Shown piece by piece: positions 18,844 to 28,395 of a stretch of 64,000 nucleotides of DNA; positions within the stretch are counted from its first letter, which is position 1; every line of letters begins with the position of its first letter. This DNA is from Candidatus Latescibacterota bacterium (GTDB lineage: Bacteria > Latescibacterota > UBA2968 > GCA-2709665). The notes under the pieces were generated by a model that saw nothing but the letters and a program-made list of their open reading frames with translations, was not told the DNA's origin and did no database searches. A program made the position numbers and the translations under genes. The stretch covers positions 96,001-160,000 of the forward strand of contig OZ242358.1 of NCBI GenBank assembly GCA_965208835.1, read 5' to 3'.

Positions 18844-20022
18844 ATGGTCAGACAAGAAACGATCTACGCAGATTATCAAGCCACAACGCCGGTCGATCCC
18901 CGGGTGCTGGAGAAAATGGACCCTCATTGGCGCGAATCGTTCGGCAATCCCCACTCTAGCGACCATGTCGTGGGCTGGAGAGCCAACGAAGCCGTACACG
19001 AGGCGGGCGAGTCGATCGCGGGGCTGATTGGCGCTGACGTCGATGAAGTGGTTTTCACGTCAGGGGCTACAGAGGCGAACAACCTCGCCCTTCAGGGTCT
19101 GGCCCGGCGGGCGCCGGACGGTCGTGATCGCATTCTGGTCAGCGCAATCGAGCACAAGTGTGTTTTGGCGGCGACGAGGGCGTTAGCTCAGAATCAGGGT
19201 ATCGCTGTCGAGGCGATTCCAGTGGACCACGACGGGTTCGTGGATTTCGATGCATTGCAGAAGCTTGTCGACGAACGCGTCCTTATGGCCTCAGTGATGG
19301 CTGTCAACAATGAAGTGGGAACTATTCAGGATATTCCGCAGATTGCCGAAATGCTCGCTTCATACGGGATCCTGTTTCATTGTGACGCGGCTCAGGCGCC
19401 GTGCGCGATGGACGTGAGTGAGCTTGCCGCGCACGCCGACCTGATCAGTCTATCGGCACATAAATTTCACGGCCCACAGGGTATAGGAGCATTGTATATC
19501 CGGCGCGATCTCAAGGACTCTGTCGAGCCGATGATATATGGGGGCGGACAGCAGGAGGGCCTTCGTTCAGGTACGGTCCCAATGCCGCTTTGCGTTGGGA
19601 TGGGAGTCGCTGCGGAGATTGTTGCCAGCGACGAATCGAAGGAGGAGCGCACGAGGGTCGCCGACTTGCGGGATTCATTCATTGGCCTGCTCGAAAAAGG
19701 GGACTTCACCATCACCGTCAACGGACCAGTCGGACAGAGCCGCCATCCTGGCAACGCCAACATCTGTTTTGAAGGTTGCGATGCGCAAGATATCCTTGGC
19801 GTCCTTCAGCCACGACTCGCGGCATCTACCGGCGCGGCATGTACGACTGGCATTCCGGAACCGTCCCACGTGCTCCGCGCGCTCGGGTTGTCGGACGCAC
19901 AGAGCGAGGCCTCGGTCCGCTTCAGCTTTGGCCGATTCACGACTTACGAAGAAATCGAAACCGCGGCTCGGCTGGTAAGCGAGGCTGTTGCGACCGTTTC
20001 CGTCGAAACTACTATATCATAA
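18844..20022 (+). CDS. sspA: Cysteine desulfurase (SspA/DndA/IscS-like)
   Basis: IYADYQATTP, FTSGATEANN, PLP Lys in SAHKF, catalytic Cys in STGAAC; divergent from sspBCD. Confidence 0.88.
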   Translation: MVRQETIYADYQATTPVDPRVLEKMDPHWRESFGNPHSSDHVVGWRANEAVHEAGESIAGLIGADVDEVVFTSGATEANNLALQGLARRAPDGRDRILVSAIEHKCVLAATRALAQNQGIAVEAIPVDHDGFVDFDALQKLVDERVLMASVMAVNNEVGTIQDIPQIAEMLASYGILFHCDAAQAPCAMDVSELAAHADLISLSAHKFHGPQGIGALYIRRDLKDSVEPMIYGGGQQEGLRSGTVPMPLCVGMGVAAEIVASDESKEERTRVADLRDSFIGLLEKGDFTITVNGPVGQSRHPGNANICFEGCDAQDILGVLQPRLAASTGAACTTGIPEPSHVLRALGLSDAQSEASVRFSFGRFTTYEEIETAARLVSEAVATVSVETTIS

Positions 20023-20091
20023 ATAGTATTTATCCACGTTATTTTACTCCGATGCGTAGATCCTGGAACGCCTTGCAGTTTTAGGACTCAC

Positions 20092-20134
20092 GACAAAGAA
20101 CCCCCGGAGATTCTTCTCTCGGGGGTTCTTTGTC
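20092..20134. terminator. Bidirectional intrinsic terminator; right boundary repeat of the island
   Basis: gacaaagaacccccggaga...tctcgggggttctttgtc long stem between convergent genes. Confidence 0.8.
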
Positions 20135-20187
20135 TGGCTCCGACTTTATGTAAAAACCACTCGCTACTTGGTGCGCTGAACCTCAGA

Positions 20188-20445
20188 TCAACTGTGCCGC
20201 TCCTTTAGCGCGTCCAGGTCGTCGTATTCGTTTAGGCCCTCACCTGTCTCTGCTTGCCTCATTGCCTCTATGGTCTCCTTTTTGGGAATCCTCACCGGGA
20301 AGGGCAAGCCTCCGTGCAGGATGACCTGGACATAGAACAGCGTGATCGCATCGGTTGGGGACAATCCGAGCTTCGAAAATATCGCTTCGGCATGGGTTTT
20401 CAATTCAGGTTCAACTCTGGCCCGGATGAATTCCGTCTTGGCCAT
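20188..20445 (-). CDS. RelB/DinJ family antitoxin (no intact toxin adjacent)
   Basis: IRARV...K..AE..F..LGL...AI.LF...GLPF..RIP..ET pattern; GGAGG RBS. Confidence 0.88.
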   Translation of the reverse strand: MAKTEFIRARVEPELKTHAEAIFSKLGLSPTDAITLFYVQVILHGGLPFPVRIPKKETIEAMRQAETGEGLNEYDDLDALKERHS

Positions 20446-20468
20446 GGACACCTCCTTCCTTGTCCAAA

Positions 20469-20488
20469 TGTATCACAACCGGGATACA
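20469..20488. promoter_or_regulatory. Probable antitoxin autoregulatory operator
   Basis: tgtatc-N8-gataca inverted repeat just upstream of the antitoxin. Confidence 0.45.
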
Positions 20489-20581
20489 AATTCAACCGGT
20501 TCCCGTCGGCTGTCCACTAGACCTATTCTATCCACCGCAGTCCCGCACTCAACCGCAGGAGTCTAACTGTAAAGGGAGACT

Positions 20582-21187
20582 ATGGAAGCCTGGGAGAACC
20601 TTCGAAGTGAAGGCAAGTCGTATATTTGGACGGCGTTAAAATTACAAGATTACATGTTTGGGGTGGATCATATCCCACGAGAGGCAATGTTTGGTTTATT
20701 CTCCAAACTAGACAAGAACTTCCCAGAAAAAAAACAATGGTGTTTCTATCGAGGACCACTTGAGTTCCAGCATCTGTGGGAAAACCTTTTCCATGATCAC
20801 ATGGAGACAGGATGTAGTCCTTCAGATATTGTTCTCTTGTCTCTTGGGATTGAGATGTGCCTGAAGAGCATTTTCTTGATGGAAGAGAAGTCCAAGCCTA
20901 AGCCTGATCATGACCTTTACGGGCACTTTGATGTATTGAAAGAAGAAACCAAGGACGTTCTTAGAGAAAAGTACAAGTTTCTTTTCCTAAAATTAAACAA
21001 AGATCTCCGGGAAAATTGGCATCTAGCCGAATCTGACAAGGTAGATGTTATACTCAAAGAACATCGTAATGCCTTCAAAGAATTAAGATATCGCTTTGAG
21101 TGGCCACGAGGGACCGGATACAGCATGAATCCAGTATGCATCAGAATGGCGGCTCTTGCCATCGTAGATTACATAACTAATCCATAA
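20582..21187 (+). CDS. HEPN-like domain protein
   Basis: LGIEMCLKS, HDLYGHF and AFKELRY segments; AT-rich; GGGAG RBS. Confidence 0.55.
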   Translation: MEAWENLRSEGKSYIWTALKLQDYMFGVDHIPREAMFGLFSKLDKNFPEKKQWCFYRGPLEFQHLWENLFHDHMETGCSPSDIVLLSLGIEMCLKSIFLMEEKSKPKPDHDLYGHFDVLKEETKDVLREKYKFLFLKLNKDLRENWHLAESDKVDVILKEHRNAFKELRYRFEWPRGTGYSMNPVCIRMAALAIVDYITNP

Positions 21188-21394
21188 ACTTGGATTTTTC
21201 GTAGAACAGATGATCGTTTTTTGGCACTATACCGTGTAAGCCCCTTTTATTTTAACGCGATGTCTTTTATGAATTTAATGTATCATGTGATGCAACCTGC
21301 GTCGCGTCAGGAGTTGCGACGACGGTCTGCCTGTGCCATCCTTTCATTCTGAGCGAATTCGAAGAATCTCCCGTCCGTTCCGCGCAGGAAGTGT

Positions 21395-22128
21395 ACGTGC
21401 TGCCTCGCAGGAAACGCCACGTGCAAATCGCTTGCGGTTGATCCCATGCTGCAGTAGATCCTTCGTCGGCCTTGGGGGCACCCTTCGACAGGCTCAGGGC
21501 AAGTCCTCTGGATGACAGTTTTGGCGCACGGGGACGGCAACGTGGGCAGACAGGAATGTCCGCCCCACCTTCACACCGGCTTTCTCAGAGTGTGAGCCCG
21601 CGAGTGCCGACACCTTTTTTTTACAGACCTGACTGGCAACACAGCCGCTCCCCTCCCCGTGCCGGGGAGGGGCCGGGGGAGGGGTCTGCGATACAGAGTT
21701 AGCCTGTATCCGCAGTGCATCCCACAACCAGGAGTTATGACCCAGTTACATCCCGCTCGCCACTTGTCCGGGATTCTTTTTTGTTCCGGGCGGAAGATTA
21801 CGGTATATTTATCGTTCTCTGATTCGTCAGCCTGACGGCTTCCTCAGCATGGCTGTGTGAGCGCCCGAGTGGCTGACGCGTTTCCGGGATAACTCTGCGG
21901 TGGAGGCGGACGTGCTGCCTCTCAGGTTACGCCACGTGCAAGTCACACTGGGTCTATCCGATGTTGCAGTAGATCCTTCGTCGGCCTGGGGGCCTCCTCT
22001 GGATGACAGTCTGGGCGTAGGTCGGGGCTCAGTGTTTCGACGATGTTTGTCGCAAAACATGCCATTCTTAACGACGTGGGCAGACAGGAATGTCCGCCCC
22101 ACCTTCACACCGGCTTCCTCAGAGTGTG
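21395..22128. repeat. Two ~200 bp degenerate direct repeats (21395-21594, 21910-22128) built from REP-like hairpins
   Basis: Shared blocks acgtgctgcctc, gcagtagatccttcgtcggcct, cctctggatgacagt, acgtgggcagacaggaatgtccgccccaccttcacaccggc. Confidence 0.85.
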
Positions 22129-22200
22129 GGCGCGCGTGTGACCGATGCGGGGCTGATTGATGACCCTGGAACCCTGGCTATTGGGAGGATTGATTCGAAA

Positions 22201-23460
22201 ATGTCCGATTTGATACCGCTACATGGCGGATTGTCCTCGCCGGTGTGCCGGATGGTTCCGGACGACGAGCGGGACGCTTTTCGCGAGAGTGCATCGAAGC
22301 TGATCCGCGTTCCCGTGAGCGACGCCGATCTGTCCACGGTTTACCGTTTCGGAGACGGCGGGTTGAGTCCGCTCACCGGGCCGATGGACTCGGAGACGTA
22401 TCACAGAGTTCTGGAAGCGTGTGTCATCGACTGCAACGGGAAGCCGTATGCCTGGACCATTCCGCTGGCGCTTCCGGTATCGAGCGACCTGGCAAGTCAA
22501 CTTGAGGTCGGTCAAACCGTTGCCCTGGTGGATCAGGCCGGACAAATCGTGGGCGCCCTGGACATCAGCGACGTCTACCCCTGGGACAAACTGGCGTATC
22601 TCAAGAGCGTCTACCTGACGGAACGGATCGACCATCCCGGCGCGGACATGGTGCTGGAAGGAGATGCCGGCAAGACCCACCTCCTTGGTGGTGAGATCAG
22701 GGTACTGCCGCAACCGAAGCATCCCGCGTTCGGTCGCTACATGCACACACCCGCGGAGGTCCGTCGTCTGCTTTCGGAAACCGGCTGGCGGCGCGTGGTG
22801 GCGTTTCAGACCCGCAATCCGCTGCACCGGGCTCACGAATACGCCCTGGTCCACGGGCTGGAAACGCTGATCCGGCAGGGGATTGACGCGGGCGCCTGTC
22901 TGAACCCTCTGGTGGGAGAGACCAAATCGGACGACGTCAACGCGGAGATCCGCATGCGCACATACGAGGCGCTGATCGAGTCCCGGGGGCTGGGTGACGG
23001 AGACAGCGATGCGGAATTGTGGGAACCCAGAGGGGAGGCCGTGCCGGATCGGGTGACTCTCATCGGCCTGGATATCAAGATGTTCTACGCCGGCCCCAAA
23101 GAGGCCGTCATGCACGCGATATACCGCCAGAACTTCGGCTTTACCGATATTGTCATCGGGCGCAAGCACGCGGATGCGCCCTACCACGACGGCAGCCCGA
23201 TCTGGGGAGATTTCGACGCACAGGAGGTGTTCAACCAGCTCAATGGGAACCTCGAGATCCGGCCCCTTAACGTGGGTTTCGCAGCGTTCTACGAGTCCCT
23301 CGGGCGGGTGGACCTGATGGAGAACCATCCGGACGAGCAGCCCGTTTTCATCTCCGGTAAACAGGTGCGTGAGATGCTGCTGAAGGGGGAGGCGGTGGAT
23401 CCGCGGATCATGCGGCCCGGAACCTCACGGATTCTGAGTGAAGCGATGGCGGGACGGTAA
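22201..23460 (+). CDS. sat: Sulfate adenylyltransferase (ATP sulfurylase)
   Basis: LIPLHGG N-terminus, [32 protein letters not shown]. Confidence 0.92.
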   Translation: MSDLIPLHGGLSSPVCRMVPDDERDAFRESASKLIRVPVSDADLSTVYRFGDGGLSPLTGPMDSETYHRVLEACVIDCNGKPYAWTIPLALPVSSDLASQLEVGQTVALVDQAGQIVGALDISDVYPWDKLAYLKSVYLTERIDHPGADMVLEGDAGKTHLLGGEIRVLPQPKHPAFGRYMHTPAEVRRLLSETGWRRVVAFQTRNPLHRAHEYALVHGLETLIRQGIDAGACLNPLVGETKSDDVNAEIRMRTYEALIESRGLGDGDSDAELWEPRGEAVPDRVTLIGLDIKMFYAGPKEAVMHAIYRQNFGFTDIVIGRKHADAPYHDGSPIWGDFDAQEVFNQLNGNLEIRPLNVGFAAFYESLGRVDLMENHPDEQPVFISGKQVREMLLKGEAVDPRIMRPGTSRILSEAMAGR

Positions 23461-23514
23461 GCGTCCGCATCCTCGCTCTCGGTTCGTGGCGGCGTTGTTT
23501 CTCAGGGAATGCCC

Positions 23515-23543
23515 TTGACAACGATGGGCGTATAGGATAAATT
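23515..23543 (+). promoter_or_regulatory. Putative sigma70 promoter for clpP
   Basis: TTGACA-N17-TAAATT. Confidence 0.45.
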
Positions 23544-23613
23544 GACCCGGCTTTTGGAAGCAGGCAAACCGGTCGTATTTTCAGGCGTTTATTCGTGGGA
23601 AGAAGGGGATGCG

Positions 23614-24234
23614 ATGTACGAGTTCCTGTTGAACGAAGATCCGGCGGAGGAAGAAGAGGAGGAAGAGCAGCGTGGGGGTCAGGGCGGCGAATACATAGTC
23701 AGAAGCCTGATCAGGGCTCGCACCATCCTGATCTCCGATCCGATCGACCACAAGCTTACAACGCGGGTGATCGCCCAGCTGTTGCTGATGGACAGCGACG
23801 ATCCCGATAAACCGATCACGATCCTGATCAACTCGCCGGGGGGCAGCGCCGACGATGGCTTCGCCATTTACGATATGATTCGCTTCATCCGGCCGCCGGT
23901 GAGAATCGTCAGTGTCGGGTTGTCCGCCAGCGCGGCGACGGTGATTATGCTGGCCGCGGAAAAGGACAGCCGGTTCGCGCTTCCGAACGCACGTATCATG
24001 ATCCATCAGCCGTCAATGCGGTACATGGGTGTCGCTGAAGACGTAAAGCGTACGGCGGAACAGATTCTCAAGCTCCGGGAGCGCATCAACGAACTGTATG
24101 CCCGGGAGACCGGACAACCACTGGACAAAGTGGTTGAAGACACGGACCGGGACTACTGGATGTCCGCCGAGGAGGCGGTGGAATACGGGCTGATCGGCAA
24201 GGTTGTCACGCACTTCAATGAACTCGACGCGTAG
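23614..24234 (+). CDS. clpP: ATP-dependent Clp protease proteolytic subunit
   Basis: INSPGG, catalytic Ser (SASAA), His (IMIHQP), Asp (DRDYW). Confidence 0.93.
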   Translation: MYEFLLNEDPAEEEEEEEQRGGQGGEYIVRSLIRARTILISDPIDHKLTTRVIAQLLLMDSDDPDKPITILINSPGGSADDGFAIYDMIRFIRPPVRIVSVGLSASAATVIMLAAEKDSRFALPNARIMIHQPSMRYMGVAEDVKRTAEQILKLRERINELYARETGQPLDKVVEDTDRDYWMSAEEAVEYGLIGKVVTHFNELDA

Positions 24235-24258
24235 TGACGCGATCGTTTCGCGATTCGG

Positions 24259-24284
24259 CAGGGGCACAGAACGTCGTGCCCCTG
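24259..24284. repeat. REP-like hairpin
   Basis: caggggcac...gtgcccctg inverted repeat between clpP and hemE. Confidence 0.5.
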
Positions 24285-24303
24285 CTTTGTTTTGAGAACC
24301 CCA

Positions 24304-25335
24304 ATGTCCCGAGCCGACCGCTTTTTGAAGGCATGCCGCCGCGAGACGGTTGACGCCACACCGGTGTGGCTGATGCGTCAGGCGGGCAGGTACATGCCCG
24401 AATACCGGAGGTTGAAGGAAAAATACGCCTTTCTGGAAATGGTGAAGACGCCGGACATCGCCACCGAAATCACGTTGCAGCCGGTCGATGCGTTTGACGT
24501 GGACGCGGCCATTGTCTTTCAGGATATCCTGCCGATTCTGGAGCCGATGGGTCTGAAACTGGAGTACGTCGGGGGTGCGGGCCCCGTGATTCACAACCCC
24601 GTTCGAACGGCGGCGGACGTGGAATCCCTCGCCATTCGTCCCGCGGCCGAAGCCATGGATTTCGCCGCGGCGGCCATCCGGCAGGTCCGGCGCGTGCTGG
24701 ACGGGAAAGTCCCGCTGATAGGGTTCTCCGGGGCGCCGTTTACGCTCGTCTGTTACGCGGTGGAGGGCGGTGGTTCACGCGACTACCGCCATGCCAAGGC
24801 ACTGATGTACGAACAGCCGGAGACCTGGCGGCGGCTGATGGAGAAAATGTCGGTGGCGGTGGGGGACTATCTCCAGGTCCAGGCGGCGGCCGGCGCACAG
24901 GCGCTGCAGTTGTTCGACAGTTGGGCGGGCGCGTTGAGCCCCGCGGACTATGAGGAATACGTACTTCCGCACACACGGCGGTCGATACGGATGGTTTCGG
25001 AAACGTGCGACGTACCGGTGATCCATTTCGGTACGGGTACATCCGGTCTGCTGCCGCTGATGAAGCGCGCGGGCGGCGACGTGATCGGAGTGGACTGGCG
25101 GATAGATCTCGACGAGGCCTGGAACCGGCTGGGCGTGGACGTGGCAGTGCAGGGGAACCTGGATCCGACGGTGTTGTTTGCGCCCGTGCCGGTGATCGAA
25201 AGTCAGACCGCCCGGATCCTGGACAGCGTCCGCGGGCGGCCGGGACACGTCTTCAACCTCGGCCACGGCATCCTGCAGCACACGCCGGTTGAACACGTGT
25301 CCGCGCTCGTCGAATTCGTGCACGCTTACGGATAG
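24304..25335 (+). CDS. hemE: Uroporphyrinogen decarboxylase
   Basis: PVWLMRQAGRYMPEY, GFSGAPFTL, FNLGHGI. Confidence 0.96.
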   Translation: MSRADRFLKACRRETVDATPVWLMRQAGRYMPEYRRLKEKYAFLEMVKTPDIATEITLQPVDAFDVDAAIVFQDILPILEPMGLKLEYVGGAGPVIHNPVRTAADVESLAIRPAAEAMDFAAAAIRQVRRVLDGKVPLIGFSGAPFTLVCYAVEGGGSRDYRHAKALMYEQPETWRRLMEKMSVAVGDYLQVQAAAGAQALQLFDSWAGALSPADYEEYVLPHTRRSIRMVSETCDVPVIHFGTGTSGLLPLMKRAGGDVIGVDWRIDLDEAWNRLGVDVAVQGNLDPTVLFAPVPVIESQTARILDSVRGRPGHVFNLGHGILQHTPVEHVSALVEFVHAYG

Positions 25336-26259
25336 GTGACCATGGTGAAAAAGGCCGTGTTGATGCTCGCCTACGGCAGTCCGGATTCCCTGGACGACAT
25401 GGAAGCGTACCTGAACGATATCCGGGGCGGGCGACCGATGTCCCGGGATTTCGTGGAGGAATTCAGGCGCCGGTACGCGCAGATAGGCGGCAGGTCTCCG
25501 CTCAACGAGAACACCTTTGAACAGGCGGAATGTGCGGAGCGAGGATTGAGGGCTCGCGGGCATGACGTGCGCGTTTACGTGGGCATGCGGCACTGGTCTC
25601 CCCGGATTGCGGACACGGTCCGTCGGATGGCCGGGGACGGCGTTGAGGAGGCGGTTGCCATCGTCATGGCCCCACACTACTCCCGTATGAGCATCGGAAG
25701 GTACCGGGAGGAGGTCGATGAATCCGTCAAAGCAGCCGGAAGCCGGATTCAGTTCTCGTTCGTTGACTCCTGGTGGCGGCAACCCGCGTTGCTCGATGCG
25801 CAGGAAGCGCACGTTCGCGCCGGGCTGGCGCCGTTCGCCAGGGACGATCGGAACAGGGCAAAGATTGTCTTTACGGCGCACAGCCTCCCGGAACGCCTCC
25901 TGAAGATGGGCGATCCCTACGACGACGAGCTGAAGGGCAACGCGAATGCAATAGCGGAACGCATGGGAAACGTGGACTGGATGTTCTCCTATCAGAGCGC
26001 CGCTCACACGGGCGAGCCGTGGCTGGGTCCGCAGATCGAAGACGTAATCCCGGACCTGGCCGACAAGGGATATCGGCACGTGCTTGTGGCGCCCATCGGG
26101 TTCGTATGCGACCACGTTGAGATCCTGTACGATATCGATATCGGCGTTCAGGAAATCGCGAGGTCGCGGGGGATGAACGTCAGGCGAATCGCGTCCATGA
26201 ACAGCGACGCCACGTTCATCACAGCGGTGGTGGATGCGGTCGAAGACAAGCTGAATTAA
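25336..26259 (+). CDS. hemH: Ferrochelatase (coproporphyrin-type likely)
   Basis: LMLAYGSP, FTAHSLP, PWLGP, GFVCDHVEILYDID. Confidence 0.93.
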   Translation: MTMVKKAVLMLAYGSPDSLDDMEAYLNDIRGGRPMSRDFVEEFRRRYAQIGGRSPLNENTFEQAECAERGLRARGHDVRVYVGMRHWSPRIADTVRRMAGDGVEEAVAIVMAPHYSRMSIGRYREEVDESVKAAGSRIQFSFVDSWWRQPALLDAQEAHVRAGLAPFARDDRNRAKIVFTAHSLPERLLKMGDPYDDELKGNANAIAERMGNVDWMFSYQSAAHTGEPWLGPQIEDVIPDLADKGYRHVLVAPIGFVCDHVEILYDIDIGVQEIARSRGMNVRRIASMNSDATFITAVVDAVEDKLN

Positions 26260-26360
26260 AAACTGCGAAAGACGCGAAGAAACGAAACTACGAGAATACG
26301 AAGAACGCGAAAGACGCGAAAAATCCGTGGCTGAAATCAATTGCCTCAAGAGGCCTGAAT

Positions 26361-26483
26361 GCGGGTAGAGGGTAGACGGTAGAAGAAATCCTTGCCCGGT
26401 ATGTCTTTCCTCATTGCCTTCGGCACGAGAAGAATCGTCACAAGGCAGGTAATCTCTCCCGTCTCCCGGCTTACGTCTACCCG
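26361..26483 (+). repeat. ~120 bp dispersed repeat family B, copy 1
   Basis: Core ttgcccggtatg...gccttcggcacga...caaggcag..aatctct shared with 28105-28236 and, inverted, 56555-56776. Confidence 0.75.
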
Positions 26484-26523
26484 ATTCTAAGGGGCAGGGC
26501 GGCCGGGGGGAGACGTTCCGAAT

Positions 26524-26624
26524 ACGTCCAACGACCTGGTGTATCCTGGTAATCCGCAGTTTAATCGCCTTTTTCAACTTGCAGATATTCGACTTAACGT
26601 CTACGAAGACATACGAATCCTGGT
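26524..26624 (+). repeat. Half copy of ~190 bp repeat family A
   Basis: acctggtgtatcctggtaatc..cagtttaatcgccttt matches the 3' half of 45178-45369. Confidence 0.8.
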
Positions 26625-26637
26625 AAAAGGTGCCGAT

Positions 26638-28032
26638 ATGCACGTGACCATCGCTGGCGGGGGGATTGCCGGACTGGCAACGGCCTTCTATCTGCAGGAG
26701 AAGGCGGAAGTGCACGGCATCGAGGTTGCGTATACGCTGGCGGAGGCCACCGGGCGATGGGGCGGGGAGATTCTTACCGAGCGGATCGACGGGTTCACCA
26801 TCGAAGGTGGGCCCGATTTGCTTTTGACGCGAAAACCGTCGGGTGTCGGGCTCTGCCGGGACCTGGGCCTTGAGGACCGCCTGATTGCGCCGAACGAGAA
26901 ACGGCGGAAGACCTTCCTGGCGCAGGGGCGAAACCTGGTCCCGTTTCCGGAAGACTTCACGCTGGTGCCGGCAAAATTCATGCCGGTCGCGCGCTCCCCG
27001 CTTTTTTCCATTCGCGGCAAGCTGCGGATGGGGATGGAACGGTTCGTCCCGCCGCGCAACACAACGGTCGACGAGAGCCTGGCGTCATTCGTCCGCCGGC
27101 GCATGGGTCAGGAGGCCCTGGACAAGATCGGAGGGCCGATGCTGGCGGGCATCCACGGGGCGGACCCGGAGCGGCTGAGCCTGCTGGCCACGTTTCCGCA
27201 GTTTGCGGAAATGGAGCGCAAGTACGGCAGCCTGATCAAAGCGGTGCGGGCAAGCCGGAATCAACGCAGGTCCACTGGTGATGCCGGGCAGGCGCCGCCG
27301 ATGTTCCAGACCCTGATCGGAGGTCTCGGAGAACTCGTTGAAGCGATCGTGGACCGGCTGAAGGGCGATCTGCGCACGAATTGCCCGGTAACGGGTCTGG
27401 CGAAGGTCGATCGCGGTTTCGAGGTCACGTTGGGTGGGGACGCACTGAAAACCGACGCCGTCGTGCTGGCCGCGCCCGCGTTCGCGTCGGCCGATCTGCT
27501 GGACGGTATCGCGCCGCAACTGTCGGGCCGGCTCCGCCAGATCCGTTACGTGTCGTCGGGAACGGTGTCGCTGGCCTATCGAAGAGCGGGTGTCCTGGCC
27601 CAGCACGACCTGGACGGGTTCGGTTTCCTGGTTCCCCGATCGGAGGGCCGCAGGATTACGGGATGCACGTGGGTGTCGTCCAAGCTCGACCACCGGGCGC
27701 CGGATGACGGCGTGCTGATCAGGGGATTCGTGGGCAGAGACGAACAGGAAGACGTGGTCGAGATGCCCGACGAGACGCTCGTATGTGCCGTGCAGGAGGA
27801 TCTTGAACACGTGATGGGGCTGACCGCCGAACCGCTGTTCTCCCGGGTTCATCGCTGGCGGAAGGGCAGGCCGCAGTTCGACGTGGGGCACATGGGCCGT
27901 GTTGACGGGCTGGAATCGCTCGCCGAAGAACATCCGGGCCTTTACCTGACCGGCAGCGCCTACCGCGGATCCTCCGTACCCGACTGCGTCAGACAGGCGA
28001 TTCAAACCGCGGACCGGATTCTGGGGCTATAA
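26638..28032 (+). CDS. hemY: Protoporphyrinogen/coproporphyrinogen oxidase (HemY type)
   Basis: GGGIAGL FAD motif, [19 protein letters not shown]. Confidence 0.92.
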   Translation: MHVTIAGGGIAGLATAFYLQEKAEVHGIEVAYTLAEATGRWGGEILTERIDGFTIEGGPDLLLTRKPSGVGLCRDLGLEDRLIAPNEKRRKTFLAQGRNLVPFPEDFTLVPAKFMPVARSPLFSIRGKLRMGMERFVPPRNTTVDESLASFVRRRMGQEALDKIGGPMLAGIHGADPERLSLLATFPQFAEMERKYGSLIKAVRASRNQRRSTGDAGQAPPMFQTLIGGLGELVEAIVDRLKGDLRTNCPVTGLAKVDRGFEVTLGGDALKTDAVVLAAPAFASADLLDGIAPQLSGRLRQIRYVSSGTVSLAYRRAGVLAQHDLDGFGFLVPRSEGRRITGCTWVSSKLDHRAPDDGVLIRGFVGRDEQEDVVEMPDETLVCAVQEDLEHVMGLTAEPLFSRVHRWRKGRPQFDVGHMGRVDGLESLAEEHPGLYLTGSAYRGSSVPDCVRQAIQTADRILGL

Positions 28033-28104
28033 AACGCGGCGGGTATCGGAACCGCGGTCCGGAATGCCTCGCGGCAGTAGGGGCGACCCTTGTGGTCGCC
28101 TAAA

Positions 28105-28236
28105 GGCGGTAAGACGGTAGACGTAAGACGTTAGAAGAAGACCTTGCCGGGTATGCTATTCCTCCTCGCCTTCGGCACGAAAAGAAACCTCACAAGGCAG
28201 GCAATCTCTCCCCTCTCCCGTCTTCCGTCTCCCCGC
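28105..28236 (+). repeat. Repeat family B, copy 2 (preceded by a GTAG-type REP at 28077-28100)
   Basis: Similarity to 26361-26483. Confidence 0.75.
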
Positions 28237-28395
28237 TTTTAAGGAACACGCCGTAGGCAGGGAATTTGGGGAAAAGGGGTTTTGATTTTCGCTTTTGATC
28301 TTTGCTTCTTGCTGATAGCTGATGGTTGACGTTATTGCAAGAGAAAGGGGGGCGAGAAATTCTCGCCCCCCTTTTGTATTCGGATTTTCAACGGT

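Larger units (their letters stand above)
7787..20124. mobile_element. Putative defence genomic island (no integrase visible)
   Basis: More AT-rich than flanks, defence-type genes, flanked by 23-bp direct repeats matching at 21/23 positions. Confidence 0.6.

Noticed and set aside
20135-20144. tRNA 3'-end remnant (GGAGCCA on the minus strand next to the terminator)
   Set aside because: Only ~7 nt with no T-arm; too short to support.
21395-22128. CRISPR array
   Set aside because: Only two long degenerate copies, no regular repeat-spacer period and no cas genes.
24775-26715. 646-aa minus-strand ORF and similar long antisense ORFs (e.g. 36250-37659, 38746-40140, 43664-44944)
   Set aside because: Shadow frames of well-supported genes in GC-rich DNA, with no recognisable motifs.
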